Assembly: GCA_965113315.1 (NCBI GenBank)
Contig: OZ220367.1
DNA length: 64,000 nt
Source: Podarcis vaucheri
Lineage: Eukaryota
Reading direction: 5' to 3' (one strand)
The position numbers were made by a program, and so were the translations under genes. Under the pieces are notes generated by a model. That model did no database searches and was not told the DNA's origin. It worked only from the letters and a program-made list of their open reading frames with translations. Shown here one piece after another: positions 38,255-51,146 of the stretch. Numbering within the stretch: position 1 is the stretch's first letter; each line of letters opens with the position of its first letter.

Positions 38255-38513
38255 CCGTATTATTCGCTCTATAAGACACACCAGACCACAAGACGCACCT
38301 AGTTTTTGGAGGAGGAAAACAAGAAAAAAATAATTCTGAATCTCAGAAGCCAGAACAGCAAGGGGGATTCCTGCGCAGTGAAATCAGCAATCCATCTTGC
38401 TGTTCTGGCTTCTGGGATAGCTGTGCAGCCTGCATTCGCTCCATAAGACGCACACACATTTCCCCTTCCTTTTAGGAGGGGGAAAAGTGAGTCTTATAGA
38501 GCAAAAAATACGG
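38255..38513. mobile_element. Tc1/mariner (Tigger-like) MITE, CCGTATT family
   Basis: TA-CCGTATTATTCGCTCTATAAGAC ... GTCTTATAGAGCAAAAAATACGG-TA. Internal 19-bp inverted repeat CAGAAGCCAGAACAGCAAG. Confidence 0.85.
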
Positions 38514-38519
38514 TATATA

Positions 38520-38750
38520 CAGTGGTACCTCAGGTTAAGAACTTAATTCGTTCTGGAGGTCCGTTCTTAACCTGAAACTGTTCTTAACCTGAGGTACCAC
38601 TTTACCTAATGGGGCCTCCCGCTGCCACCGCGCGATTTCTGTTCTCATCCTGAAGCAAAGTTCTTAACCCGAGGTACTATTTCTGGGTTAGCGGAGTCTG
38701 TAACCTGAAGCGTATGTAACCTGAAGCGTCTGTAACCCGAAGTACCACTG
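38520..38750. mobile_element. Tc1/mariner-type MITE, CAGTGGTACC family, copy 4
   Basis: TA-CAGTGGTACCTCAGGTTA ... AGTACCACTG-TA. Confidence 0.9.
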
Positions 38751-38759
38751 TATGTGCCT

Positions 38760-39150
38760 TAAGAACATGAAAACATAAAATGGGCCTGCTGGATCAAGCC
38801 CATGGCCCATCAGGCCCACCTTCCTGTTCTCACAGCAGTAGCCAACCAGATGCCCATGGGAAACTTGCAAGCAGGATTCAAGCACAGGAGCACGCTCTCT
38901 CCCTGTGGTTTCCAGCAACTAGTTTCAGAAGCATGATTACCTCTCTGGCCATGGAGGCAGAACATAGCTATCATGGCTAGTAGACTTCGATAGCCCTCTC
39001 TCCTCCAGGAGTTTATCTAATCCTCTTTTAAAGCCATCCAAGGTTGGTACCCACCACTGCCCGTCCCCCTGGGAGTCAGTTCCATAGTTTAACTGCACCC
39101 AGAATGAAGGAGCACTTTCTGTAATCTGTCCTGAATCTCCCAACATTCAT
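38760..39150 (-). mobile_element. CR1-type LINE 3' end
   Basis: Minus-strand translation LDGFKRGLDKLLEER is typical of the CR1 ORF2 C-terminus. The tail is TTCTTA/ATGTT-like. Confidence 0.7.
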
Positions 39151-42100
39151 TGGACATCAGGCTTGCCTCTTCTTTTCCGTTTCAGTAGAGGGCTTGCTAC
39201 AAACATTATTCAGAACCTGCTGATTCAAAGAATGAATTGGTGGCATGGTCTGGAAGGCAAGCACATCCCCCCACCTGCTATTTTCATAGTTTGAAAGTAG
39301 TGAAGTGACCTGGTCTCCTCCTCCTCCAATCCTGCTACAGAAGGCACATAATTTTTTCCCTCTTGTTCTTGGTACATGGCCAAATAGTTGAGGGAAGATG
39401 GACAGTCGTGCACGATTTCTGCAGGAACAGCAGCCTCACTATCTCATAGCGATATTTTCTAATTTTGAGAGAAGTTGTTTTCTCACCCAAACAGCAACAA
39501 CAAACTGCACTGTAATTCCAAAGCTATGGCTTTTGTAAGAGTGATTTCAGGCCACATCAAACCATTACCTGCTTTCACATCTATGGTAATTGCATCCCTG
39601 ATGTAATCTCATTGGCTATTCTTAAGGTACCCAAAGCTGACTCATAAATTGTGAGCTTAAAAGCCCACATGAAGAAGTGCTAAGTCTTACATATTAGACT
39701 ATATGCCTGCAGGCAGGTCTATTGTCCTTTTTTTTAAAAAAAAATCTGTACAGTGCATCACTGTAGGCATAATTTGTTATATGGTGCATTAAGGAAACTC
39801 ATATCAATATAGTGAATGCACAGTGATAGCAGAATACTCCATCGTCACTGTAAATATGCAGCACATGGGCGAAGCACCATTTTTCGCTGGCAAAATCTTC
39901 CCAGACATTTAGTCAATTTCTGCCCGGACACTTTTTGCAATATTCTGGCTATGTCCAGGAAATTCCAGACATATGGCAACATAAGATGGTTTGGACAAAG
40001 CAGCTGTTAAGGCACAGGAGCTCTGGAGTGGAGGTGGGGAGGGACCACCCTAGCAATAACTTGCTTTCTAATACATCCTCCCAAGGACTTTTATTGCGTG
40101 CTTCCAAATGCCTATCCTTTTGTTTGGAAGGCTGGCCTCTGTTCTATGTGCAACACAAGTTGACTCATCAGACAGACTTAGCAGTGGCCACCAGATGGCA
40201 TCACTGAAACATATAGTTTTGAAACACAAATTGCTCGTGGACATAAAAAATAAAAAGACACCAAATGGAATCCTCTGACACAAACTGTTATTCTTTGATC
40301 CCTTGCTTCAGCATTCTCATTCCATCATTATTTTTGTAAGCATAAAATGTCATGCAAAGACCAAGACCTTAACTGATTTTAATGTTGCAGGTAAATCCCA
40401 TGGTGCAGTGATTTACAAAGCCATTATTTGGGGAAAATGAGGTAGTAGTAGTAGTAATAATAATAATAATAATAATAATAGGCCCAGAGCCACAGTGCAG
40501 CTCTGTGACAGCAAAGCCCTCAATTTTCAAAACAATTTGGCTAGTACTTTAGTATACTGTTCTTAATATTAGCACATTTTCATTCAGAATTGTTATTGAG
40601 AAACTATGTAGAAGTACCCAGTATATTCTGTCAACTCAAAAGTGCGCACTTATAATCTAGGTAATAATTAACATTAGAAGACAATGTGAGGAATAAAAAA
40701 AGTAAAAATGCATTTTAGGAGAATTAGAAATTAATCTTCATTAAACTTTTGTATATTGATATTGGGGCATCAATATACAGGTCTTAGGCTGCACTCCTAT
40801 AGACACTTACCTCAGAGTCTCATCAAAGTTAAATTGGCAGGTATAGGATTGTGCTGTTAGGCTGCAACTCTGTGCAAGTTGAAAGCAGGCTGCTCAGGTA
40901 AAAAAGAACACAGGGCACCTGCACCTTTAATAGCTGTATAAAAGAGAGAACTTCAGCAACTATTAAAGATACAAGAGCCCTTTCTCCTTTTTTCACCTGG
41001 CCACCCTGCTTAGAAGTAATTCAACCCAATGGAACTTATTTCCAAATAAGCACCTATATTGTTGTGTTCATATTTCTTTTAGGGAATTAAATATTGTTCG
41101 TATTTTGTATAACAGCATTTATTCAAATATTGTTATATGGCATGTTTCAAAATACAGAGCCAGCAAGAGCATTTCTGAGCATGTGCAAGGAATACCTCCC
41201 TTGCCATTGAATGCTGACTGCCTACAACATCAAGCTCTGAGACGAGAGACAGGGGATTCTGCTCAGAGGTTGGGCTTCCAGTCATGCACAGGTATGTTAG
41301 ATATTTAAGGCATAGCAGTCAGTCAGAATAAAGCAGGCCTATGGTCTCATTGATTTTAATGGGAGGTATTTAAGCTATAACTCTCTTCCACTGAAATGAA
41401 ATGCTTTGGTTGGATCATGCCATTAGAGATTAAACACTGACTATATATAAAACACATGTCATATCTTAAAACAGTTTTAACAAGTGACTTAAATATTGGC
41501 TCAGTGCTTGCTCTACAAGGGATGATAAACTCTGATGCATTTAATAAGATGCTTATGATAAAAGCATACCCGACTAATGCCAGGTGTTCAAATGATGGAC
41601 TGAGAAACATATTTTCACTACCGCCTTTTTGGTTTTGCTCTGTGACTGTGTGGGTAGCCAGAAAAAGGGCAGGGTTTCAGCAGCTAGGGTTTTTACAACT
41701 AGTAAAGGGGGTCTGGGAATAGCTCCCTTTCCTGCACAACTAGTGTGGAGAGCCTGTTTGCAAGTCACTGGTCCCTCAGCCTGCTAGCCAAAGCTTCTCC
41801 TGTTTCTTGAACTTATTTTGGGTAGGGCAGCCAGAAGCAGCATCTCTGTGCATGCCTCCAAGTTGTGCAAAGGACTATGGTAAGTGGTGTCATGCTTGGG
41901 GATGCTTGAGGGGGGTGTCTGATGATTTGGGACAATATTAGCAGATGGCAATGACCTAGAAGGGTGTGCCTTTTTGTGAAAAAAGGCCTTCAAGATTGAA
42001 GTTGTCATTACTGCCCTGTTCCCTTGCTCCTGCCTGCAGTGCCCTGGGATGCCTTTCAGATCTTTCGTCAAACATCTCGTCAAAATCGAACAAGGTAGCA

Positions 42101-43991
42101 AGTGAGTCACATAATTAAATGTTCATCTTCTGCTTAAGCTTTTCATTCAGCGGTGAATCTCCTCCTTTACTGGTTGCCCGTTTCCTGGAATTTTAAGCCC
42201 TGTGCAGGTTTTGATTAGTCCACCCTTTGTCTCAGACGGCAGCATATGATTCACAGTCTTGATGGTACAGCTGATTGCAAGTGTTAGCAGTGCAGCAGGC
42301 TTGTAAAATGTCAGCTGTTGCACAAAGGTCTAATTGCAGAATGACAATGGTCTCCCCTCCCCTTTAAGTACTACTGTGACCACCACTGAACCCTTCCTGC
42401 CCCAAACACTTAAGAAAACACAGGAAGGCCAAAACACCAGTGATTTTGCACCTGTGAGACACATATGCTGCCTATTATGGTCTTGACTTCCTGAAAAATG
42501 AAACGCTGGAGATTTTTGCATAACATACTTTCATTAAGAAAAGAAATACGGTCTCTCTTATACAGATCTGATAAAACAGCTGACAACTTAGCCAGAACCA
42601 GGAGGAATGAGAGACGGAGATCTGTACTGAACAGCTCCATATATCCATTCCTGTGTCTTTGGGAATCAGCCTTCCCCAACTGGGTGCCCTTCAGAGGTTT
42701 TGCTCTAGAATTCCCATCAGCCCCAGCTAGCAGTTAATAAGTATTTTAAATAAAAGCAATAAAATATTTATATAAAAGGAATAACAGAGTTCACATTCTC
42801 CTGGTCATTCTGACCGGTCCATAGCAACCTGGAGCATGCTCAGGGCTGTAAAATTCTGCAAACATGGGTCAACCATTTTAATGCAACTTGGATTTCTGTA
42901 GAGCTTAGTCATATCAGAACTCCTGTTGTTAGTGTCAGCAGGAGATAGATCGGGCCTCTGTCTCTTGCTTAATTATGGTCTCCTGTACAAAATGTTTTGC
43001 ATTGCAGTAGTCCAGGGATGTTGAAACAATCCTCTGCTTAGATTCAAACTTTAAAGCTGACTTTCTCAGAAGAACAAAGCGGCAGCAGGATGTAATGAGC
43101 ATCCAATGATCGTAAATTACTTATTTTATCTCTAATTTGCCCCTTTATTACTTTGTCTTTGTCCTCCCCCCCTTTTTTTACAAGGAGGGAATTCGTACTA
43201 ATATTGCAAATTTAAGGATGGAAGCAACAAAGGCAGTCTTTTGAGGGTTGTTTTTTTTAGCCCTAGCAGGTCTGTCTGGTTCGAGGAGACTAAAACTGGC
43301 ATATTTGAAAGGGTCTTATCTGCCAAGATTCAGAATATCAATGTATTTATAAAATATATGATCCAAATACTCTGGATCCACATACTTCACACATACACTG
43401 TGCAAGTATTATTATTAAATAAAAATGTGTGCTTTATTATTTAAAGAAGAGGTGGCATGGTTTACACTTGCTTCGAAGCCCTTCCCAGATGTGCAGAAGT
43501 TTGTAGGACTGACTTAGTTGTGAGGAAAAGGTACTCTGTACATGCTCATGGCGTATTTCAGTTTTCACATACAAATAATAATAATAATAGTTCCAGCTTA
43601 ACAGGAAATTGAAAACAACAATGCCTGATCATAAAAGAGACTTCAGAAACGGTTGCATTTGTAACATTCTGAAAATCATATTACATGGTCATAAATTACA
43701 TGGTGGACATGCTATGAACATCTGGGTGAGAATTAACCTATACAATGTCCTAAATTCCATCTAAATTTCAGGAAATTTGGAAGCCTCCAGCTGAGGTTTA
43801 TCTCTGTGGTCTCTGCGGTTCCAAAAAAAATGGCTTGACTGGTTATAGCTGTGCCACCCTGTGCATGTTTACTTGGAAATAAATCCCAGTGGGTTCAGTG
43901 GGGTTTACTCCTCAGTAAATGTGTATACGATGGCAGCCTGAATCTTATTGATGTGATTGCACAGTTTTTAGCTTCTTCTAAGCTTTGGCTC

Positions 43992-44359
43992 GGGACGCGG
44001 GTGGCGCTGTGGGTAAAACCTCAGTGCCTAGGACTTGCCGATCGCATGGTCGGTGGTTCGAATCCCCGCAGTGGGGTGAGCTCCCGTCGTTCGGTCCCAG
44101 CTCCTGCCCACCTAGCAGTTCGAAAGCACCCCTAAGTGCAAGTAGATAAATAGGTACCGCTTTATAGCGGGAAGGTAAACGGCGTTTCCGTGTGCTGCGC
44201 TGGTGCCGACTCGCCAGAGCAGCTTCGTCACGCTGGCCACGTGACCTGGAAGTGTCTTCGGACAACGCTGGCTCCCGGCCTCTAGAGTGAGATGAGCGCA
44301 CAACCTTAGAGTCTGTCAAGACTGGCCCGTACGGGCAGGGGTACCTTTACCTTTACCTT
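43992..44359 (+). mobile_element. Sauria SINE (young, full length)
   Basis: Head GGGACGCGGGTGGCGCTGTGG, B-box, (ACCTTT)3 tail. 13-bp TSD TAAGCTTTGGCTC. Confidence 0.93.
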
Positions 44360-46470
44360 TAAGCTTTGGCTCAATCTTGTTTAGAAGCCATATCTTCTGA
44401 CGCAGAAGCCCAGTCTCCTGATCCCAGATGTGTGGGAAGTACTGTATTTCTCTCTGTGATGAAAGCAATACATTCTGTGCTAGTGCAGAGGCGCTTTCTT
44501 CTTCATTGAATTTTGCAGGCTGAAGACAAGTTCTCTGGCTAAGCCCTGAACCAAATTACATCCCAGTTCTTTTCTTCTTTCTATTCCTCTCTTGGTTCAC
44601 ATTGCATGGCAAGTAGCCAGAAGCAAAATGGCCTTTGCAGTGAGAGAGAGAGAGAGAGAGATAAGAAAACGGAAGCTACAGTTGACTCAGCACTAGCATT
44701 GTGGTTCAGTTTGCTAAAGATCTTGATTTATCTATCGAGCCTAAACATGCATCCGCTTCCCTCAACTCATCTTTATTTTCAATCTCTGCTGCAGGAAGAG
44801 GCTTTAAAGGTAGATCTATGAAACTGTTCTAATGGTGTTTCAAATAAATGGTGTTTTGGATGTTTTCCATCTGGGTGGTGGTGGTGGTGGTGATTACCTG
44901 CCCTTCACCCTAAAGTCCCAGGTGGGTTAAAACTATTTAAAATACAACATTAAAAGCAGTCTTAAAATAAAGTATTTTAAAAATACAATAACAAAGAAGA
45001 AGGTGGGTCCTGAAAATATACAGGTCAGGTACATTCCACAACAATGGACATATATCAGGAAATCTAATGAACATTTGTAATTAACACAAGGACAGTGATC
45101 CAATGAAAGGGTGTTTAGTTCACAAATCTGTCATTTTAATAAATGAACTGAGTAATCAGTTACAATTAAATGAATTTGCATATTACCAAACACTGATTAT
45201 TTGTGCCTTTTGGAGATACTGAAGGGAGTATAAGCGGATATACAATTTGTTGAACAAAAACTGCCATCCATTGTTAGTAGAAAGGCTGCTGCTTTATGTT
45301 CTTTACTCCTTTTTACAGCAGAAGCAAAATAGCCTCACCATCCTCCCAAAAAGGAAGAAGTTGAAAGTGCTTAAACTCACAGCTCCAGCAATTAAACCTT
45401 TCCCAGGTTGAAAATTGCCCCGACTCAATAATTTATTCAGTGTAGGTAACCGAGACTGCCATTCCTATGAACACTTAGCAAAAAGTAAATGCTGTGGGTT
45501 TTGGATCTTGCTGCATTCCACTGATAAAACATATTAATTGTTGTAGCCCTAATTACGACTTTCAGCTTCAGAACCCACTGGTATATTTTCACCATGTCTT
45601 TAAATCCTCCATCATAGGATATTTCACTGACTGTTCCTTCTCTTTGCAGTAAATGTATAAGGGACAGGAATATTAAACCTCTGTCCTAAACAGATACTGC
45701 TAGACTACCTATCCTAAAGAGCAGCTGTTTGCCTTAGAAAAAGCTGCCCATCCATTCCCAGGCAACTTACTTAGGATTTTCTAATAGCAATGTGTACATC
45801 ATCTGAAAATGTCTGGAAGGTGGAAATTACTTGTACGTGCTGGGGACAATGTTCCATTAGCAGCAATTTATTATCCTTAAGAGCCTCACAGGAGCATTTA
45901 TTAACACAACAGAACACAGACATTCACAATCTCTTGTAGTATCACATTGCATTTGCCCATTTATGAATCAGCACTATATTGCTCGTTTTATTCCTAGACC
46001 AATCCTTCTATTTCTTAAAATCTGTCCTAAATCCATAGGACCAATTGAGGGAAGGGAGGGTGGTGGGATTAATCCTGTGACAAAATAAATTGCCGTAATT
46101 GAGAAAATACACAAAGCAGGCACATGACATTACCCTTGGTGTTAGTGCTTATAAAATGCATGCGTTTTCCAGCGATATTTTAATTACATTCAACTAAGCT
46201 AAGGAACAGTTTTCAATTCTATGTAAAAAGCTTTGAGAACTTGTTTAAAAAGCAATATAAACATTCTGTATGAATAAGACTGCAATCCTACACTTACATG
46301 AGTTCAATAGGGTCTGCAGTGCAAGTTTCAGGTAGGACTTGCTGCAAGATTATTTGCACCTCCTAACATCAACCACTGGCCTGTGGATGAAAGAGTATCT
46401 GTGTGTGAACGCAAGCAATGTGTACATCCAAACATATTGGCTTGGAGCCTAAGAAAAGTTAACCTCAGGA

Positions 46471-46639
46471 CAGTGGCGTAGCGTGGGGGGTGCAGGGGGG
46501 GCCGGCCGCACCGGCCGCAACATCTGGGGGTTAGGGTTAGGGGGCGCAAATCTACGGGTTAGGGGGCGCAAATCCACGGGTTAGGGGGCGCAAATTACTT
46601 GCCTTGCCCCGGGTGCTGACAACCCACGCTACGCCACTG
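46471..46639. mobile_element. hAT MITE with TTAGGG-containing tandem units (inverted relative to 5379-5523)
   Basis: Same TIRs as 5379-5523. Perfect 8-bp TSD CCTCAGGA (46463-46470, 46640-46647). Confidence 0.93.
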
Positions 46640-49600
46640 CCTCAGGACATTCAGGGAGGTGAAGTTTCCCATTCCTCCCTCCCAGCTGCAGGCAGCTGCA
46701 AGGCTTTTCAGAGGTTGGGGAGCCCGCCTGAAGAACATGGCAGGAGGTGTCAGGAAGGGCTGCTGAAGTGCAGAAGGAATGGGAAATGGTCCTTCTGTGA
46801 CTTAATTTTAGCTTCATTCTGTAAGCTTTCTTAAATTAACTCTGCCCCCCCCAACACGACCCTCAGACATCTTCCCTTTGTACTGTCTCCTGTCCCTCCT
46901 AATTTTTTATTTTAAAATTTATGGGGTTTGCTTTGCTTTTTCTTTATTTGAAGGGGCTGCCTTTGCATGGGGGGGGGGGTTGCCTGCTTTTTTGTCTGGG
47001 CTTTATTTGTTTTGGGTGGTTATGTTTTCCCTCTTTTTTGGTGGTTCTGAGCATCACCAGTTGTTATTTTGTGAGATAGGTATTTTGTGGTGCCTTAACA
47101 GTTCCTTAGATTTCCAAACAAGTCTCCAAGCCTCTGAAAGTTAACTTACCTTAGGATTCAGGTCATTGTCATTATACCAGTTTAACTGATATAACTACCC
47201 TGGCTTATAGTCTGAAGAAGGCACAGACAATTTCCTCTTAGAGATACTCTTTCCACCCCCATAAAGGATTCATTGGAGAGATAATAATGGTTAAACCAAC
47301 TGCCATCAAGCCAGTTGTCTGTGGGAAGAGCTGTGTGAAAGAACCAGCCCTGACCTAGACATTGATACCTGCTCAACTTCTGGGTCAGGTCTGGGATGCT
47401 TTGGAGGGAAGGGTTGTTCTTGAGTCCTGAACATCTACATGTGAAAGCCCACATTATCTGACACTCTGCACTTTAGTCAATGTCTTGATGAAGCATGTTT
47501 GCAAGCCTCTGTGGACCTACTGATGCCACCTAGAGAACTTTTATATGTATTAAAAAACAGTATATGAACTTCAAAGGAATAAACAAACCAGTCACTATGA
47601 AAGCCCAGCTAGATCTTATATGGGAGAACTGATATTATATCTTTCCACATTGCTTTCTTTTCCTAAAAGCAAACCTTGGGCTGGATTTGCATCAGAAACA
47701 TGGCACAGAAGAGGTGGTTTGAACCCTCCCCCACCACCCACCAGAGCCTCCCTATCCAACTCCTTATGTAAGAAAATAACATGTAGGGAGATCCAATAGC
47801 AGTTCTCCCATGTTATGTCTTGTTTAGTCCTTAAGTCTATAAATTTGAATGAATTTGGGAAACTCATCAGTTTTAAAAGGGGAAATTCAGTATCTGATTC
47901 AAGCGAGCCACAATTTTCCCCATGGATCTCATCTGAGATACTCATGTATATACAAAACACAAAACACTGATGTGTGAGACATACTGTAATTATAATCCAG
48001 CATGTAATTCACATTTAGCATCGTAGCTGCCACGATGGTGGTGTTTTGGCATTCCTATATTCTTTTGCTTTAACCTTGTTGCCTTGGCTTATTTATCCCT
48101 GATCCTAAATCTCTGTGTGTACGTGTGTGGACACACACACACACGTGTCTGTACATGCACTGATTTCTCAGTCTACTTCGTGCATCCAGTTAAGTAGTCT
48201 CTTCCCCATGAAAGCTCATGCCACAGCAAATCAATTCATCTCCAAGTTGCCACTGCACTTTCTGCCTTTTTCGATGCTCATGGAAAGTTTGCTTTGTACC
48301 TTTCTTTCTACCTCTGTGCTCCTGACGAAAACTGTTTATGGGCTGAAGGCAAGATGTGACATTTTCTTTTCAAAGTTCAGGGCCCAGAGGAGCACAGATG
48401 ACTGTTTCCCTTTCTTAGCTTGCCCAATGCACAGTTAAGCTACATGTGCTTGTCAAATGAACACAGAGGGGTGCACCCTGATGTAGCCAATATTTAACTG
48501 AGGAAGCATATTGCTATTTTATTTTTATTTTATTTTTTTAAATGTGGACCGTTGCACACAGGTCATCATGCAAACATAATCACATTTGAAACATAGATCT
48601 ATAGTTACATCCATTTGTACTTCCACCATGCCTAGAAGGTGGTATTTACTGCTCGGTGCTTAGAAAACTAAATGCCAAAAGGTTTCAAGAGCAGTGTAAA
48701 CAGTCAATATAAACACAATTTGCATGTAATGACTGGATTCCTCTAACCTCAAGCGATGGGAAGATTATTTGTCAGATGCCTTTTTGTGAGAGACAAATTT
48801 CCAGAAACAAATAATTAGGTTTGTAACACTGCAGTCAGTGTGGCTTCTTATTGATTATGAAGCTAAAGCAAAGTTGCCCTCAAGGCTGTGTCAAGTGTTA
48901 ACGGAATACTAGGTTTGAAAAGACAGATAAAACAATGTGAGATTTAGCCTGGTTGTTAGCCGGCTTTTATTTTGCTTGACAGAGCCTCTCTTCTTGTTAG
49001 AGTAACGAGACATGGCAATAGAGGCCTTCCTTTCAGGGCGCAGAATGGGAAGCAGTGTGTGTCTGTGTGTGTATAATGATATAGCCAGCTGCTCCTGAAA
49101 CCATTGGCCATTAATATTTCCCCATTGAATGGATTGCCTGACAAAGTTTAAATGTTGTGTTTTTAAATTCCATTGAGGTTGTATTGTTAGTGCTTGATAT
49201 GATTCCTCGGAAGAAAACTTTTTATGGTGTCAAAAGGATGCAATGGAAATAACAAGAATGGGACAATACTTGGCCGCAACAGAATTTAACAGGAGAAAAG
49301 ATTGACACAGGAATCCAGTCAAGGAGTAGAGAACAGGGGAAATGATTTGGAAAAGCACTGCACAGGTCAAGAGTCCATGGAATTAAGACAGTCTCTTAGG
49401 AATTAAATATAACATACGAGAAATCAGTTCTCTGAGTGCTGGTCCTTAGCTAGCCACAATGAAAATCACGAGGGGACGTTTTGATAGGGTTGGAGCATCT
49501 CCATGGTTTGTAGACCTTTTAAATGATACTATCTTACATTTGGCACTTTATTTTATTATATTATTGGACTGGTTAAAGGTGTGTTAATCTTGACATGAAC

Positions 49601-50312
49601 TTGTATGACTGCTCTGTATACTGTTGTGTTATATTCTTTTAAAAAATATTCTTATTGTAAACCTGAAATAAAAACATTTTCTCCCAACAAGGGGAAAACT
49701 ATATCTATCTAAAAACAGCCCAGTGGGCAAGTGATGCTGACTTTTTCTAAGGGAAAACAGAGAGGTGCTAGGAAGAGATAATGGAACTTAAACATTCCAT
49801 GCCACAAACATTCTGTTGCAGATCCCACTAGTTCAATACAACATCTGTAGCGATACAGTTGGGATGTGGAGTGGGATTGCTGACTCCTCATCCTGACTCA
49901 GTGGTTTTGCAAGGTCAGTTTTGAAAGTTGTTCTAAAATAACAGGAGACTGAAGTGGTAGAATTGTGGGTGGTAGTATGTCAGGCTGCCGGTAGACCCTG
50001 TATTTTGAACCCTTGCCTGTGTAAAAAGCTTGCTGAATGCAGTGAACAGTGGCACCTAAACTATTTTGCTTCATGCAAGGAGAAACTAGTTTTCTAGATT
50101 TTGAAAGGTGGGAGCATTAAAAATGCATACCTCTCCCAAACCTAATGGTGGCATCTTTATGCCATTTTAATGGAACCATGGAATGAATTGCACATCCACA
50201 ATAAAGTTTGTGGTATTTGAGAACATTTGTAGAGTTATTAAGGGAAAATAAATTTATCCCTACTGTGTTTTTAATTTTTCAAAGGGTTAATCAGACACAC
50301 AAAACCAAAATA

Positions 50313-50389
50313 CAGTGGTACCTTGGGTTACATATGCTTCAGGTTACATACGCTTCAGGTTACAGACTCCGCTAACCCAGAAATAGTAC
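50313..50389. mobile_element. CAGTGGTACC MITE copy 5, left part (interrupted by the LTR retrotransposon)
   Basis: TA-CAGTGGTACC...CCCAGAAATAGTAC. It continues at 56961 collinearly with the intact copy at 28038. Confidence 0.93.
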
Positions 50390-51146
50390 TGTCAGAGCTG
50401 CTACCAGGTCCCAGCTCACATAGGACCACGCCACACAGCGTCCACTTTAAAAGAGTCTTTATTGAGTTACAGGTTTCATTTCCGAACTGCAGCGTGCAGC
50501 TCTACACCTTCTGCCCTAGGTCGGCGAAGACCCATCTGAGTCCCCGCCTCTTGCACACCAGCTTAATACCCTAGCCTTGCTCCACCTCCTTCGCCTCTCC
50601 CTACGTCTCTGGGTCCTTCTGCCCTCCTGGGACTCCTCCCTTCTACTCTCCTCTGACGCTGACCCCCCTGATCCTTCCGCTTCCTTTCGGCGGGCTTTGG
50701 GACCTGGCTCACTCTCCGGGCTGCTTACTGCTCCAGCTTCCGCTGCATTTGAACTTGGCGCGCGCGCCCAACTCTCTACTTTCCTCTTGACCGTTGCCTC
50801 GCTCTCTGAGGAGGGCGTGACCACCCCTGACTCGTGCCCTCCCTCCTGCTGACGGCCTCCGGAACCCGATGCCTGGCTGCCTTCCTCCCTGCTGCTCTCA
50901 GTCTTGAGCGTGGGTCCCGACTTCCAGCTGCTGCTCTCTGAATCTCCTCTGTTCCCTTCCTCCTGGGGTGTCCCCCCGGATCCCCCCCTTGCTCTGCTCA
51001 CTGGGGCTCCCTTTTGGGAGTCCTCTGACTCACTGCTTAGGCTTGGAGATCTCGGGTCGTCATCATCACTCATTCTCCCTTCGGCTTCCTCCCCCTCGCT
51101 CTCTGTTTCCACCCTTCTCTGCTTCTCTGCTTCTGAACCCCTGACA
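50390..51146 (-). repeat. 3' LTR (757 bp)
   Basis: Direct repeat of 56199-56955 with no difference found by eye. Minus-strand TATTAA at 50568-50563 and AATAAA at 50463-50458. Confidence 0.97.

Noticed and set aside
46520-46600. Telomere fusion or true interstitial telomere array
   Set aside because: The TTAGGG motifs are few and lie inside a TIR/TSD-bounded MITE.
50550-50585. WSKARVLSW resembling the start of a SAM domain
   Set aside because: The ORF ends about 13 codons later and the bases overlap the TATA-like box, so there is no room for a domain.
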